This document shows positions 40,626-62,391 of a stretch of 64,000 bases of DNA, one piece after another. Each line of letters begins with the position of its first letter. The stretch's first letter is position 1. The position numbers and the translations under genes are program-made. Where the stretch lies: assembly GCF_009914755.1 (NCBI RefSeq), contig NC_060948.1; one strand, 5' to 3'. Under the pieces are notes generated by a model. That model saw only the letters and a list, made by a program, of their open reading frames with translations. It had not been told where the DNA came from and made no database searches. Source of the stretch: the human T2T-CHM13v2.0 reference genome, Homo sapiens.

Positions 40626-42731
40626 AGATCCATACTTTTTAAATAAAAAAAAATTTCAAAGGTACACTGCTTGGTACAATAATCCAATGTATACACTGAG
40701 AAATAAAACATAACCATGAAACCTACTTATAACTGCATATGGAAAATACAGAGGATAATTTTTTAAATAACATATTTTGAAAGCCTTAACTAGTAATTTG
40801 AAGAGTTGGCATTTGAAAGGTCAGTATGAATATACCTTCAAAGCAGCAACACAGGTTCCCCATGAGAAAAAGCAAACTCAGGGAAAATAAAAACACAAAG
40901 GTTCAATCTCTTCTGACCTTTGAAAGACACAGCACAGACAGTGGTCCTTAGGACGAAGAGCAGGAGACCCCTAATTCCGTCACCATGGCGATAGGGCATA
41001 AACATTGCTGGGTGAGGGCACAATCCACATTGTGAGGTCCAACTGCTGCCAGGAAGACAGGAGTGCTTTTACATAGACCGAAAGGTCATTGAAGGCTCAG
41101 AGTTTTGTTTCAAGAACTGAATCCCAAGCCCACACGTTATTAGGCTGCGCTTCTTAAAACAAGTTATGAGATGGGAAAAAGGGCACCCACAAACATACGT
41201 ATACATTATGTATATAATAATATACAGTGTCATATATATAATATATATAACCTATGTATAATATTGTTTTACATCCTGCATCTTATGTTATATATATTGT
41301 ATAAAATATAATTATTGATAATATATAAGTTTTATAATTATACTATATGACATATAGTATATATTATAATTTATGACATATATAATATATGTTATATATC
41401 ATATATAGAATATATTATACGGTTAATATACGTATTAAATATAAATTATACATTATATATATTATATATAATATATCTGTTATATATAATACCCATTATG
41501 CATAATATATATATTATGTCTATATTATATATAGTATAAAACAACATATAATAATATATAATTGTATATATAAAATGCGACATATAATATATATTATATT
41601 TTATAACATATGTAATATATATTATATATTATATATAATACGTTGTATGTATAATACCTATATTAAATATATATTATATGACTATGTTATTAATTACATG
41701 TCACATGTGATATATATTATATATTTTACATAGAATATACCGGTTGCATACAATATATACTATGTTACCTATAATGTATAATTTATTACATGTAAAATAA
41801 AGAATGCAATATATTATGTAAAATTTATAAAATACAATATGTGGAATGTAATATATATAACATATAATATATGATATATGATATACAGTATATGATATAT
41901 AACATACAATATATGATTCCTATTATATATGGTATACAATATATATTTTATGATATGTATTCTATATGTTTTATATTCTGTTATATATAACTATTTGAAA
42001 TTATATATAACTGTTTAATATTTTATGTAAATATGTAATATAAAATATATAACTATATAATATATTATATATAAGTATATATTATGTTATATATACTTTT
42101 ATAACATAATTTACATAAAATATCATAATATAATATATATTATATTATTTCATATTACATAATATATATTACATATCACCCAATATAACTAACATACATA
42201 ATATTATAATATAGATTATATTATGTTATATTAAATATCATATATATCATGTATCATATATTCTATAATATATATTACACATTATATAATATGTATGTTG
42301 TCTATTATGTGATATATATAACTATATATATAATTATATTTTTATACATATAACTAGATAAACATGTAATTCTACATATTTTCATTTATAATATGTAGAA
42401 TTATATAATCATATATAATTATTTATATTCTATAAAAAGTTTTATCATTATATAAATTATAATATATAAAAATTATAATATGTACTACAAATATATATAT
42501 ATTATATATCATATATGATATAGTACCTTTGTTATATATCATAATACATATAAATGTGTATTATGTTATCTATAATTATATAATTTCATATATAAGATGT
42601 ATAATATGTATCATATATTATATATGTTATGTAATATATATACTATATATAAGATGACACAGGATAAATATTATATACTATGACATATAAATATATGAGG
42701 TTATATGTTACATATAAGGCATAGCACATAA

Positions 42732-43046
<315 letters not shown>

Positions 43047-45151
43047 AGATCCATACTTTTTAAATGAAAAAAAATTTCAAAGGTACTCTGCTTGGTACAA
43101 TAATCAAATGTATACACTGAGGAATAAAACATAACCATGAAACCTACTTATAACTGCATATGGAAAATACAGAGGATAATTTTTTAAATAACATATTTTG
43201 AAAGCCTTAACTAGTAATTTGAAGAGTTGGCATTTGAAAGGCCAGTATGAATATACCTTCAAAGCAGCAACACAGGTTCCCCATGAGAAAAAGCAAACTC
43301 AGGGAAAATAAAAACACAAAGGTTCAATCTCTTCTGACCTTTGAAAGACACAGCACAGACAGTGGTCCTTAGGACGAAGAGCAGGAGACCCCTAATTCCG
43401 TCACCATGGCGATAGGGCATAAACATTGCTGGGTGAGGGCACAATCCACATTGTGAGGTCCAACTGCTGCCAGGAAGACAGGCGTGCTTTTACATAGACC
43501 GAAAGGTCATTGAAGGCTCAGAGTTTTGTTTCAAGAACTGAATCCCAAGCCCACACGTTATTAGGCTGCGCTTCTTAAAACAAGTTATGAGATGGGAAAA
43601 AGGGCACCCACAAACATACGTATACATTATGTATATAATAATATACAGTGTCATATATATAATATATATAACCTATGTATAATATTGTTTTACATCCTGC
43701 ATCTTATGTTATATATATTGTATAAAATATAATTATTGATAATATATAAGTTTTATAATTATACTACATGACATATAGTATATATTATAATTTATGACAT
43801 ATATAATATATGTTATATATCATATATAGAATATATTATACGGTTAATATACGTATTAAATATAAATTATACATTATATATATTATATATAATTTATCTG
43901 TTATATATAATACCCATTATGCATAATATATATATTATGTCTATGTTATATATAGTATAAAACAACATATAATAATATATAATTGTATATATAAAATGCG
44001 ACATATAATATATATTATATTTTATAACATATGTAATATATATTATATATTATATATAATACGTTGTATGTATAATACCTATATTAAATATATATTATAT
44101 GACTATGTTATTAATTACATGTCACATGTGTTATATATTATATATTTTACATAGAATATACCGGTTACATACAATATATACTATGTTACCTATAATGTAT
44201 AATTTATTACATGTAAAATAAAGAATGCAATATATTATGTAAAATTTATAACATACAATATGTGGAATGTGATATATATAACATATAATATATGATATAT
44301 GATATACAATATATGATATATAACATACAATATATGATTCCTAATATATATGGTATACAATATATATTTTATGATATGAATTCTCTATGTTTTATATTCT
44401 GTTATATATAACTATTTGAAATTATATATAACTGTATAATATTTTATTTAAATATGTAATATAATATATATAACTATATAATATATTATATATAACTATA
44501 TATTATGTTATATATACTTTTATATCATAATTTACATAAAATATCATAATATAATATATATTATATTATTTCATATTACATAATATATATTACATATCAC
44601 CCAATATAACTAACATACATAATATTATAATATAGATTATATTGTGTTATATTAAATATCATATATATCATGTATCATATATTCTATAATATATATTACA
44701 CATTATATAATATGTATGTTGTCTATTATGTGATATATATAACTATATATATAATTATATTTTTATACATATAACTAGATAAACATGTAATTCTACATAT
44801 TTTCATTTATAATATGTAGAATTATATAATCATATATAATTATTTATATTCTATAAAAAATTTTATCATTATATAAATTATAATATATAAAAATTATAAT
44901 ATGTACTACAAATATATATATTATATATCATATATGATATAGTACCTTTGTTATATATCATAATACATATAAATGTGTATTATGTTATCTATAATTATAT
45001 AATTTCATATATAAGATGTATAATATGTATCATATATTATATATGTTATGTAATATATATAGTATATATAAGATGACACAGGATAAATATTATATACTAT
45101 GACATATAAAATATATGAGGTTATATGTTACATATAAGGCATAGCACATAA

Positions 45152-45466
<315 letters not shown>

Positions 45467-47570
45467 AGATCCATACTTTTTAAATGAAAAAAAATTTCAA
45501 AGGTACTCTGCTTGGTACAATAATCAAATGTATACACTGAGGAATAAAACATAACCATGAAACCTACTTATAACTGCATATGGAAAATACAGAGGATAAT
45601 TTTTTAAATAACATATTTTGAAAGCCTTAACTAGTAATTTGAAGAGTTGGCATTTGAAAGGCCAGTATGAATATACCTTCAAAGCAGCAACACAGGTTCC
45701 CCATGAGAAAAAGCAAACTCAGGGAAAATAAAAACACAAAGGTTCAATCTCTTCTGACCTTTGAAAGACACAGCACAGACAGTGGTCCTTAGGACGAAGA
45801 GCAGGAGACCCCTAATTCCGTCACCATGGCGATAGGGCATAAACATTGCTGGGTGAGGGCACAATCCACATTGTGAGGTCCAACTGCTGCCAGGAAGACA
45901 GGAGTGCTTTTACATAGACCGAAAGGTCATTGAAGGCTCAGAGTTTTGTTTCAAGAACTGAATCCCAAGCCCACACGTTATTAGGCTGCGCTTCTTAAAA
46001 CAAGTTATGAGATGGGAAAAAGGGCACCCACAAACATACGTATACATTATGTATATAATAATATACAGTGTCATATATATAATATATATAACCTATGTAT
46101 AATATTGTTTTACATCCTGCATCTTATGTTATATATATTGTATAAAATATAATAATTGATAATATATAAGTTTTATAATTATACAATATGACATATATTA
46201 TATATTATAATTTATGACATATATAATATATGTTATATATCATATATAGAATATATTATACGGTTAATATACGTATTAAATATAAATTATACATTATATA
46301 TATTATATATAATATATCTGTTATATATAATACCCATTATGCATAATATATATATTATGTCTATGTTATATATAGTATAAAACAACATATAATAATATAT
46401 AATTGTATATATAAAATGCGACATATAATATATATTATATTTTATAACATATGTAATATATATTATATATTATATATAATACGTTGTATGTATAATTCCT
46501 ATATTAAATATATATTATATGACTATGTTATTAATTACATGTCACATGTGTTATATATTATATATTTTACATAGAATATACCGGTTACATACAATATATA
46601 CTACGTTACCTATAATGTATAATTTATTACATGTAAAATAAAGAATGCAATATATTATGTAAAATTTATAACATACAATATGTGGAATGTGATATATATA
46701 ACATATAATATATGATATATGATATACAATATATGATATATAACATACAATATATGATTCCTAATATATATGGTATACAATATATATTTTATGATATGTA
46801 TTCTCTATGTTTTATATTCTGTTATATATAACTATTTGAAATTATATATAACTGTATAATATTTTATTTAAATATGTAATATAATATATATAACTATATA
46901 ATATATTATATATAACTATATATTATGTTATATATACTTTTATAACATAATTTACATAAAATATCATAATATAATATATATTATATTATTTCATATTACA
47001 TAATATATATTACATATCACCCAATATAACTAACATACATAATATTATAATATAGATTATATTGTGTTATATTAAATATCATATATATCATGTATCATAT
47101 ATTCTATAATATATATTACACATTGTATAATATGTATGTTGTCTATTATGTGATATATATAACTATATATATAATTATATTTTTATACATATAACTAGAT
47201 AAACATGTAATTCTACATATTTTCATTTATAATATGTAGAATTATATAATCATATATAATTATTTATATTCTATAAAAATTTTATCATTATATAAATTAT
47301 AATATATAAAAATTATAATATGTACTACAAATATATATATTATATATCATATATGATATAGTACCTTTGTTATATATCATAATACATATAAATGTGTATT
47401 ATGTTATCTATAATTATATAATTTCATATATAAGATGTATAATATGTATCATATATTATATATGTTATGTAATATATATAGTATATATAAGATGACACAG
47501 GATAAATATTATATACTATGACATATAAAATATATGAGGTTATATGTTACATATAAGGCATAGCACATAA

Positions 47571-47885
<315 letters not shown>

Positions 47886-49990
47886 AGATCCATACTTTTT
47901 AAATAAAAAAAAATTTCAAAGGTACACTGCTTGGTACAATAATCAAATGTATACACTGAGGAATAAAACATAACCATGAAACCTACTTATAACTGCATAT
48001 GGAAAATACAGAGGATAATTTTTTAAATAACATATTTTGAAAGCCTTAACTAGTAATTTGAAGAGTTGGCATTTGAAAGGCCAGTATGAATATACCTTCA
48101 AAGCAGCAACACAGGTTCCCCATGAGAAAAAGCAAACTCAGGGAAAATAAAAACACAAAGGTTCAATCTCTTCTGACCTTTGAAAGACACAGCACAGACA
48201 GTGGTCCTTAGGACGAAGAGCAGGAGACCCCTAATTCCGTCACCATGGCGATAGGGCATAAACATTGCTGGGTGAGGGCACAATCCACATTGTGAGGTCC
48301 AACTGCTGCCAGGAAGACAGGAGTGCTTTTACATAGACCGAAAGGTCATTGAAGGCTCAGAGTTTTGTTTCAAGAACTGAATCCCAAGCCCACACGTTAT
48401 TAGGCTGCGCTTCTTAAAACAAGTTATGAGATGGGAAAAAGGGCACCCACAAACATACGTATACATTATGTATATAATAATATACAGTATCATATATATA
48501 ATATATATAACCTATGTATAATATTGTTTTACATCCTGCATCTTATGTTATATATATTGTATAAAATATAATTATTGATAATATATAAGTTTTATAATTA
48601 TGCTACATGACATATAGTATATATTATAATTTATGACATATATAATATATGTTATATATCATATATAGAATATATTATACGGTTAATATACGTATTAAAT
48701 ATAAATTATACATTATATATATTATATATAATATATCTGTTATATATAATACCCATTATGCATAATATATATATTATGTCTATGTTATATATAGTATAAA
48801 ACAACATATAATAATATATAATTGTATATATAAAATGCGACATATAATATATATTATATTTTATAACATATGTAATATATATTATATATTATATATAATA
48901 CGTTGTATGTATAATACCTATATTAAATATATATTATATGACTATGTTATTAATTACATGTCACATGTGTTATATATTATATATTTTACATAGAATATAC
49001 CGGTTACATACAATATATACTATGTTACCTATAATGTATAATTTATTACATGTAAAAGAAAGAATGCAATATATTATGTAAAATTTATAACATACAATAT
49101 GTGGAATGTGATATATATAACATATAATATATGATATATGATATACAGTATATGATATATAACATACAATATATGATTCCTAATATATATGGTATACAAT
49201 ATATATTTTATGATATGAATTCTCTATGTTTTATATTCTGTTATATATAACTATTTGAAATTATATATAACTGTATAATATTTTATTTAAATATGTAATA
49301 TAATATATATAACTATATAATATATTATATATAACTATATATTATGTTATATATACTTTTATATCATAATTTACATAAAATATCATAATATAATATATAT
49401 TATATTATTTCATATTACATAATATATATTACATATCACCCAATATAACTAACATACATAATATTATAATATAGATTATATTGTGTTATATTAAATATCA
49501 TATATATCATGTATCATATATTCTATAATATATATTACACATTGTATAATATGTATGTTGTCTATTATGTGATATATATAACTATATATATAATTATATT
49601 TTTATACATATAACTAGATAAACATGTAATTCTACATATTTTCATTTATAATATGTAGAATTATATAATCATATATAATTATTTATATTCTATAAAAAAT
49701 TTTATCATTATATAAATTATAATATATAAAAATTATAATATGTACTACAAATATATATATTATATATCATATATGATATAGTACCTTTGTTATATATCAT
49801 AATACATATAAATGTGTATTATGTTATCTATAATTATATAATTTCATATATAAGATGTATAATATGTATCATATATTATATATGTTATGTAATATATATA
49901 GTATATATAAGATGACACAGGATAAATATTATATACTATGACATATAAAATATATGAGGTTATATGTTACATATAAGGCATAGCACATAA

Positions 49991-50305
<315 letters not shown>

Positions 50306-52410
50306 AGATCCATACTTTTTAAATAAAAAAAAATTTCAAAGGTACACTGCTTGGTACAATAATCCAATGTATACACTGAGAAATAAAACATAACCATGAA
50401 ACCTACTTATAACTGCATATGGAAAATACAGAGGATAATTTTTTAAATAACATATTTTGAAAGCCTTAACTAGTAATTTGAAGAGTTGGCATTTGAAAGG
50501 TCAGTATGAATATACCTTCAAAGCAGCAACACAGGTTCCCCATGAGAAAAAGCAAACTCAGGGAAAATAAAAACACAAAGGTTCAATCTCTTCTGACCTT
50601 TGAAAGACACAGCACAGACAGTGGTCCTTAGGACGAAGAGCAGGAGACCCCTAATTCCGTCACCATGGCGATAGGGCATAAACATTGCTGGGTGAGGGCA
50701 CAATCCACATTGTGAGGTCCAACTGCTGCCAGGAAGACAGGAGTGCTTTTACATAGACCGAAAGGTCATTGAAGGCTCAGAGTTTTGTTTCAAGAACTGA
50801 ATCCCAAGCCCACACGTTATTAGGCTGCGCTTCTTAAAACAAGTTATGAGATGGGAAAAAGGGCACCCACAAACATACGTATACATTATGTATATAATAA
50901 TATACAGTGTCATATATATAATATATATAACCTATGTATAATATTGTTTTACATCCTGCATCTTATGTTATATATATTGTATAAAATATAATTATTGATA
51001 ATATATAAGTTTTATAATTATACTATATGACATATAGTATATATTATAATTTATGACATATATAATATATGTTATATATCATATATAGAATATATTATAC
51101 GGTTAATATACGTATTAAATATAAATTATACATTATATATATTATATATAATATATCTGTTATATATAATACCCATTATGCATAATATATATATTATGTC
51201 TATATTATATATAGTATAAAACAACATATAATAATATATAATTGTATATATAAAATGCGACATATAATATATATTATATTTTATAACATATGTAATATAT
51301 ATTATATATTATATATAATACGTTGTATGTATAATACCTATATTAAATATATATTATATGACTATGTTATTAATTACATGTCACATGTGTTATATATTAT
51401 ATATTTTACATAGAATATACCGGTTACATACAATATATACTATGTTACCTATAATGTATAATTTATTACATGTAAAATAAAGAATGCAATATATTATGTA
51501 AAATTTATAACATACAATATGTGGAATGTGATATATATAACATATAATATATGATATATGATATACAATATATGATATATAACATACAATATATGATTCC
51601 TAATATATATGGTATACAATATATATTTTATGATATGAATTCTCTATGTTTTATATTCTGTTATATATAACTATTTGAAATTATATATAACTGTATAATA
51701 TTTTATTTAAATATGTAATATAATATATATAACTATATAATATATTATATATAACTATATATTATGTTATATATACTTTTATAACATAATTTACATAAAA
51801 TATCATAATATAATATATATTATATTATTTCATATTACATAATATATATTACATATCACACAATATAACTAACATACATAGTATTATAATATAGATTATA
51901 TTGTGTTATATTAAATATCATATATATCATGTATCATTTATTCTATAATATATATTACACATTATATAATATGTATGTTGTCTATTATGTGATATATATA
52001 ACTATATATATAATTATATTTTTATACATATAACTAGATAAACATGTAATTCTACATATTTTCATTTATAATATGTAGAATTATATAATCATATATAATT
52101 ATTTATATTCTATAAAAAATTTTATCATTATATAAATTATAATATATAAAAATTATACTATGTACTACAAATATATATATTATACATCATATATGATATA
52201 GTACCTTTGTTATATATCATAATACATATAAATGTGTATTATGTTATCTATAATTATATAATTTCATATATAAGATGTATAATATGTATCATATATTATA
52301 TATGTTATGTAATATATATAGTATATATAAGATGACACAGGATAAATATTATATACTATGACATATAAAATATATGAGGTTATATGTTACATATAAGGCA
52401 TAGCACATAA

Positions 52411-52725
<315 letters not shown>

Positions 52726-54832
52726 AGATCCATATTTTTTAAATGAAAAAAAATTTCAAAGGTACTCTGCTTGGTACAATAATCAAATGTATAAACTGAG
52801 GAATAAAACATAACCATGAAACCTACTTATAACTGCATATGGAAAATACAGAGGATAATTTTTTAAATAACGTATTATGAAAGCCTTAACTAGTAATTTG
52901 AAGAGTTGGCATTTGAAAGGCCAGTATGAATATACCTTCAAAGCAGCAACACAGGTTCCCCATGAGAAAAAGCAAACACAGGGAAAATAAAAACACAAAG
53001 GTTCAATCTCTTCTGACCTTTGAAAGACACAGCACAGACAGTGGTCCTTAGGACGAAGAGCAGGAGACCCCTAATTCCGTCACCATGGCGATAGGGCATA
53101 AACATTGCTGGGTGAGGGCACAATCCACATTGTGAGGTCCAACTGCTGCCAGGAAGACAGGAGTGCTTTTACATAGACCGAAAGGTCATTGAAGGCTCAG
53201 AGTTTTGTTTCAAGAACTGAATCCCAAGCCCACACGTTATTAGGCTGCGCTTCTTAAAACAAGTTATGAGATGGGAAAAAGGGCACCCACAAACATACGT
53301 ATACATTATGTATATAATAATATACAGTGTCATATATATAATATATATAACCTATGTATAATATTGTTTTACATCCTGCATCTTATGTTATTTATATTGT
53401 ATAAAATATAATAATTGATAATATATAAGTTTTATAATTATACAATATGACATATAGTATATATTATAATTTATGACATATATAATATATGTTATATATC
53501 ATATATAGAATATATTATACGGTTAATATACGTATTAAATATAAATTATACATTATATATATTATATATAATATATCTGATATATATAATACCCATTATG
53601 CATAATATATATATTATGTCTATGTTATATATAGTATAAAACAACATATAATAATATATAATTGTATATATAAAATGCGACATATAATATATATTATATT
53701 TTATAACATATGTAATATATATTATATATTATATATAATACGTTGTATGTATAATACCTATATTAAATATATATTATATGACTATGTTATTAATTACATG
53801 TCACATGTGTTATATATTATATATTTTACATAGAATATACCGGTTACATACAATATATACTATGTTACCTATAATGTATAATTTATTACATGTAAAATAA
53901 AGAATGCAATATATTATGTAAAATTTATAATATACAATATGTGGAATGTGATATATATAACATATAATATATGATATATGATATACAGTATATGATATAT
54001 AACATACAATATATGATTCCTAATATATATGGTATACAATATATATTTTATGATATGTATTCTATATGTTTTATATTCTGTTATATATAACTATTTGAAA
54101 TTATATATAACTGTATAATATTTTATGTAAATATGTAATATAATATATATAACTATATAATATATTATATATAACTATATATTATGTTATATATACTTTT
54201 ATAACATAATTTACATAAAATATCATAATATAATATATATTATATTATTTCATATTACATAATATATATTACATATCACCCAATATAACTAACATACATA
54301 ATATTATAATATAGATTATATTATGTTATATTAAATATCATATATATCATGTATCATATATTCTATAATATATATTACACATTATATAATATGTATGTTG
54401 TCTATTATGTGATATATATAACTATATATATAATTATATTTTTATACATATAACTAGATAAACATGTAATTCTACATATTTTCATTTATAATATGTAGAA
54501 TTATATAATCATATATAATTATTTATATTCTATAAAAAATTTTATCATTATATAAATTATAATATATAAAAATTATAATATGTACTACAAATATATATAT
54601 ATTATATATCATATATGATATAGTACCTTTGTTATATATCATAATACATATAAATGTGTATTATGTTATCTATAATTATATAATTTCATATATAAGATGT
54701 ATAATATGTATCATATATTATATATGTTATGTAATATATATAGTATATATAAGATGACACAGGATAAATATTATATACTATGACATATAAAATATATGAG
54801 GTTATATGTTACATATAAGGCATAGCACATAA

Positions 54833-55147
<315 letters not shown>

Positions 55148-57252
55148 AGATCCATACTTTTTAAATGAAAAAAAATTTCAAAGGTACTCTGCTTGGTACA
55201 ATAATCAAATGTATATACTGAGGAATAAAACATAACCATGAAACCTACTTATAACTGCATATGGAAAATACAGAGGATAATTTTTTAAATAACATATTTT
55301 GAAAGCCTTAACTAGTAATTTGAAGAGTTGGCATTTGAAAGGCCAGTATGAATATACCTTCAAAGCAGCAACACAGGTTCCCCATGAGAAAAAGCAAACT
55401 CAGGGAAAATAAAAACACAAAGGTTCAATCTCTTCTGACCTTTGAAAGACACAGCACAGACAGTGGTCCTTAGGACGAAGAGCAGGAGACCCCTAATTCC
55501 GTCACCATGGCGATAGGGCATAAACATTGCTGGGTGAGGGCACAATCCACATTGTGAGGTCCAACTGCTGCCAGGAAGACAGGCGTGCTTTTACATAGAC
55601 CGAAAGGTCATTGAAGGCTCAGAGTTTTGTTTCAAGAACTGAATCCCAAGCCCACACGTTATTAGGCTGCGCTTCTTAAACCAAGTTATGAGATGGGAAA
55701 AAGGGCACCCACAACCATACGTATACATTATGTATATAATAATATACAGTGTCATATATATAATATATATAACCTATGTATAATATTGTTTTACATCCTG
55801 CATCTTATGTTATATATATTGTATAAAATATAATTATTGATAATATATAAGTTTTATAATTATGCTACATGACATATAGTATATATTATAATTTATGACA
55901 TATATAATATATGTTATATATCATATATAGAATATATTATACGGTTAATATACGTATTAAATATAAATTATACATTATATATATTATATATAATATATCT
56001 GTTATATATAATACCCATTATGCATAATATATATATTATGTCTATGTTATATATAGTATAAAACAACATATAATAATATATAATTGTATATATAAAATGC
56101 GACATATAATATATATTATATTTTATAACATATGTAATATATATTATATATTATATATAATACGTTGTATGTATAATACCTATATTAAATATATATTATA
56201 TGACTATGTTATTAATTACATGTCACATGTGTTATATATTATATATTTTACATAGAATATACCGGTTACATACAATATATACTATGTTACCTATAATGTA
56301 TAATTTATTACATGTAAAATGAAGAATGCAATATATTATGTAAAATTTATAACATACAATATGTGGAATGTGATATATATAACATATAATATATGATATA
56401 TGATATACAATATATGATATATAACATACAATATATGATTCCTAATATATATGGTATACAATATATATTTTATGATATGAATTCTCTACGTTTTATATTC
56501 TGTTATATATAACTATTTGAAATTATATATAACTGTATAATATTTTATTTAAATATGTAATATAATATATATAACTATATAATATATTATATATAACTAT
56601 ATATTATGTTATATATACTTTTATATCATAATTTACATAAAATATCATAATATAATATATATTATATTATTTCATATTACATAATATATATTACATATCA
56701 CCCAATATAACTAACATACATAATATTATAATATAGATTATATTGTGTTATATTAAATATCATATATATCATGTATCATATATTCTATAATATATATTAC
56801 ACATTATATAATATGTATGTTGTCTATTATGTGATATATATAACTATATATATAATTATATTTTTATACATATAACTAGATAAACATGTAATTCTACATA
56901 TTTTCATTTATAATATGTAGAATTATATAATCATATATAATTGTTTATATTCTATAAAAAATTTTATCATTATATAAATTATAATATATAAAAATTATAA
57001 TATGTACTACAAATATATATAGTATATATCATATATGATATAGTACCTTTGTTATATATCATAATACATATAAATGTGTATTATGTTATCTATAATTATA
57101 TAATTTCATATATAAGATGTATAATATGTATCATATATTATATATGTTATGTAATATATATAGTATATATAAGATGACACAGGATAAATATTATATACTA
57201 TGACATATAAAATATATGAGGTTATATGTTACATATAAGGCATAGCACATAA

Positions 57253-57567
<315 letters not shown>

Positions 57568-59672
57568 AGATCCATACTTTTTAAATGAAAAAAAATTTCA
57601 AAGGTACTCTGCTTGGTACAATAATCAAATGTATACACTGAGGAATAAAACATAACCATGAAACCTACTTATAACTGCATATGGAAAATACAGAGGATAA
57701 TTTTTTAAATAACATATTTTGAAAGCCTTAACTAGTAATTTGAAGAGTTGGCATTTGAAAGGCCAGTATGAATATACCTTCAAAGCAGCAACACAGGTTC
57801 CCCATGAGAAAAAGCAAACTCAGGGAAAATAAAAACACAAAGGTTCAATCTCTTCTGACCTTTGAAAGACACAGCACAGACAGTGGTCCTTAGGACGAAG
57901 AGCAGGAGACCCCTAATTCCGTCACCATGGCGATAGGGCATAAACATTGCTGGGTGAGGGCACAATCCACATTGTGAGGTCCAACTGCTGCCAGGAAGAC
58001 AGGAGTGCTTTTACATAGACCGAAAGGTCATTGAAGGCTCAGAGTTTTGTTTCAAGAACTGAATCCCAAGCCCACACGTTATTAGGCTGCGCTTCTTAAA
58101 ACAAGTTATGAGATGGGAAAAAGGGCACCCACAAACATACGTATATATTATGTATAAAATAATATACAGTGTCATAAATATAATATATATAACCTATGTA
58201 TAATATTGTTTTACATCCTGCATCTTATGTTATATATATTGTATAAAATATAATAATTGATAATATATAAGTTTTATAATTATACAATATGACATATATT
58301 ATATATTATAATTTATGACATATATAATATATGTTATATATCATATATAGAATATATTATACGGTTAATATACGTATTAAATATAAATTATACATTATAT
58401 ATATTATATATAATATATCTGTTATATATAATACCCATTATGCATAATATATATATTATGTCTATGTTATATATAGTATAAAACAACATATAATAATATA
58501 TAATTGTATATATAAAATGCGACATATAATATATATTATATTTTATAACATATGTAATATATATTATATATTATATATAATACGTTGTATGTATAATACC
58601 TATATTAAATATATATTATATGACTATGTTATTAATTACATGTCACATGTGTTATATATTATATATTTTACATAGAATATACCGGTTACATACAATATAT
58701 ACTATGTTACCTATAATGTATAATTTATTACATGTAAAATAAAGAATGCAATATATTATGTAAAATTTATAACATACAATATGTGGAATGTGATATATAT
58801 AACATATAATATATGATATATGATATACAATATATGATATATAACATACAATATATGATTCCTAATATATATGGTATACAATATATATTTTATGATATGT
58901 ATTCTCTATGTTTTATATTCTGTTATATATAACTATTTGAAATTATATATAACTGTATAATATTTTATTTAAATATGTAATATAATATATATAACTATAT
59001 AATATATTATATATAACTATATATTATGTTATATATACTTTTATAACATAATTTACATAAAATATCATAATATAATATATATTATATTATTTCATATTAC
59101 ATAATATATATTACATATCACCCAATATAACTAACATACATAATATTATAATATAGATTATATTGTGTTATATTAAATATCATATATATCATGTATCATA
59201 TATTCTATAATATATATTACACATTATATAATATGTGTGTTGTCTATTATGTGATATATATAACTATATATATAATTATATTTTTATACATATAACTAGA
59301 TAAACATGTAATTCTACATATTTTCATTTACAATATGTAGAATTATATAATCATATATAATTATTTATATTCTATAAAAAATTTTATCATTATATAAATT
59401 ATAATATATAAAAATTATAATATGTACTACAAATATATATATTATATATCATATATGATATAGTACCTTTGTTATATATCATAATACATATAAATGTGTA
59501 TTATGTTATCTATAATTATATAATTTCATATATAAGATGTATAATATGTATCATATATTATATATGTTATGTAATATATATAGTATATATAAGATGACAC
59601 AGGATAAATATTATATACTATGACATATAAAATATATGAGGTTATATGTTACATATAAGGCATAGCACATAA

Positions 59673-59971
<299 letters not shown>

Positions 59972-62076
59972 AGATCCATATTTTTTAAATGAAAAAAAAT
60001 TTCAAAGGTACTCTGCTTGGTACAATAATCAAATGTATAAACTGAGGAATAAAACATAACCATGAAACCTACTTATAACTGCATATGGAAAATACAGAGG
60101 ATAATTTTTTAAATAACGTATTATGAAAGCCTTAACTAGTAATTTGAAGAGTTGGCATTTGAAAGGCCAGTATGAATATACCTTCAAAGCAGCAACACAG
60201 GTTCCCCATGAGAAAAAGCAAACACAGGGAAAATAAAAACACAAAGGTTCAATCTCTTCTGACCTTTGAAAGACACAGCACAGACAGTGGTCCTTAGGAC
60301 GAAGAGCAGGAGACCCCTAATTCCGTCACCATGGCGATAGGGCATAAACATTGCTGGGTGAGGGCACAATCCACATTGTGAGGTCCAACTGCTGCCAGGA
60401 AGACAGGAGTGCTTTTACATAGACCGAAAGGTCATTGAAGGCTCAGAGTTTTGTTTCAAGAACTGAATCCCAAGCCCACACGTTATTAGGCTGCGCTTCT
60501 TAAAACAAGTTATGAGATGGGAAAAAGGGCACCCACAAACATACGTATACATTATGTATATAATAATATACAGTATCATATATATAATATATATAACCTA
60601 TGTATAATATTGTTTTACATCCTGCATCTTATGTTATATATATTGTATAAAATATAATTATTGATAATATATAAGTTTTATAATTATGCTACATGACATA
60701 TAGTATATATTATAATTTATGACATATATAATATATGTTATATATCATATATAGAATATATTATACGGTTAATATACGTATTAAATATAAATTATACATT
60801 ATATATATTATATATAATATATCTGTTATATATAATACCCATTATGTATAATATATATATTATGTCTATGTTATATATAGTATAAAACAACATATAATAA
60901 TATATAATTGTATATATAAAATGCGACATATAATATATATTATATTTTATAACATATGTAATATATATTATATATTATATATAATACGTTGTATGTATAA
61001 TACCTATATTAAATATATATTATATGACTATGTTATTAATTACATGTCACATGTGTTATATATTATATATTTTACATAGAATATACCGGTTACATACAAT
61101 ATATACTATGTTACCTATAATGTATAATTTATTACATGTAAAATAAAGAATGCAATATATTATGTAAAATTTATAACATACAATATGTGGAATGTGATAT
61201 ATATAACATATAATATATGATATATGATATACAATATATGATATATAACATACAATATATGATTCCTAATATATATGGTATACAATATATATTTTATGAT
61301 ATGTATTCTCTATGTTTTATATTCTGTTATATATAACTATTTGAAATTATATATAACTGTATAATATTTTATTTAAATATGTAATATAATATATATAACT
61401 ATATAATATATTATATATAACTATATATTATGTTATATATACTTTTATAACATAATTTACATAAAATATCATAACATAATATATATTATATTATTTCATA
61501 TTACATAATATATATTACATATCTCCCAATATAACTAACATACATAATATTATAATATATATTATATTGTGTTATATTAAATATCATATATATCATGTAT
61601 CATATATTCTATAATATATATTACACGTTATATAATATGTATGATGTCTATTATGTGATATATATAACTATATATATAATTATATTTTTATACATATAAC
61701 TAGATAAACATGTAATTCTACATATTTTCATTTATAATATGTAGAATTATATAATCATATATAATTATTTATATTCTATAAAAAATTTTATCATTATATA
61801 AATTATAATATATAAAAATTATAATATGTACAACAAATATATATATTATATATCATATATGATATAGTACCTTTGTTATATATCATAATACATATAAATG
61901 TGTATTATGTTATCTATAATTATATAATTTCATATATAAGATGTATAATATGTATCATATATTATATATGTTATGTAATATATATAGTATATATAAGATG
62001 ACACAGGATAAATATTATATACTATGACATATAAAATATATGAGGTTATATGTTACATATAAGGCATAGCACATAA

Positions 62077-62391
<315 letters not shown>
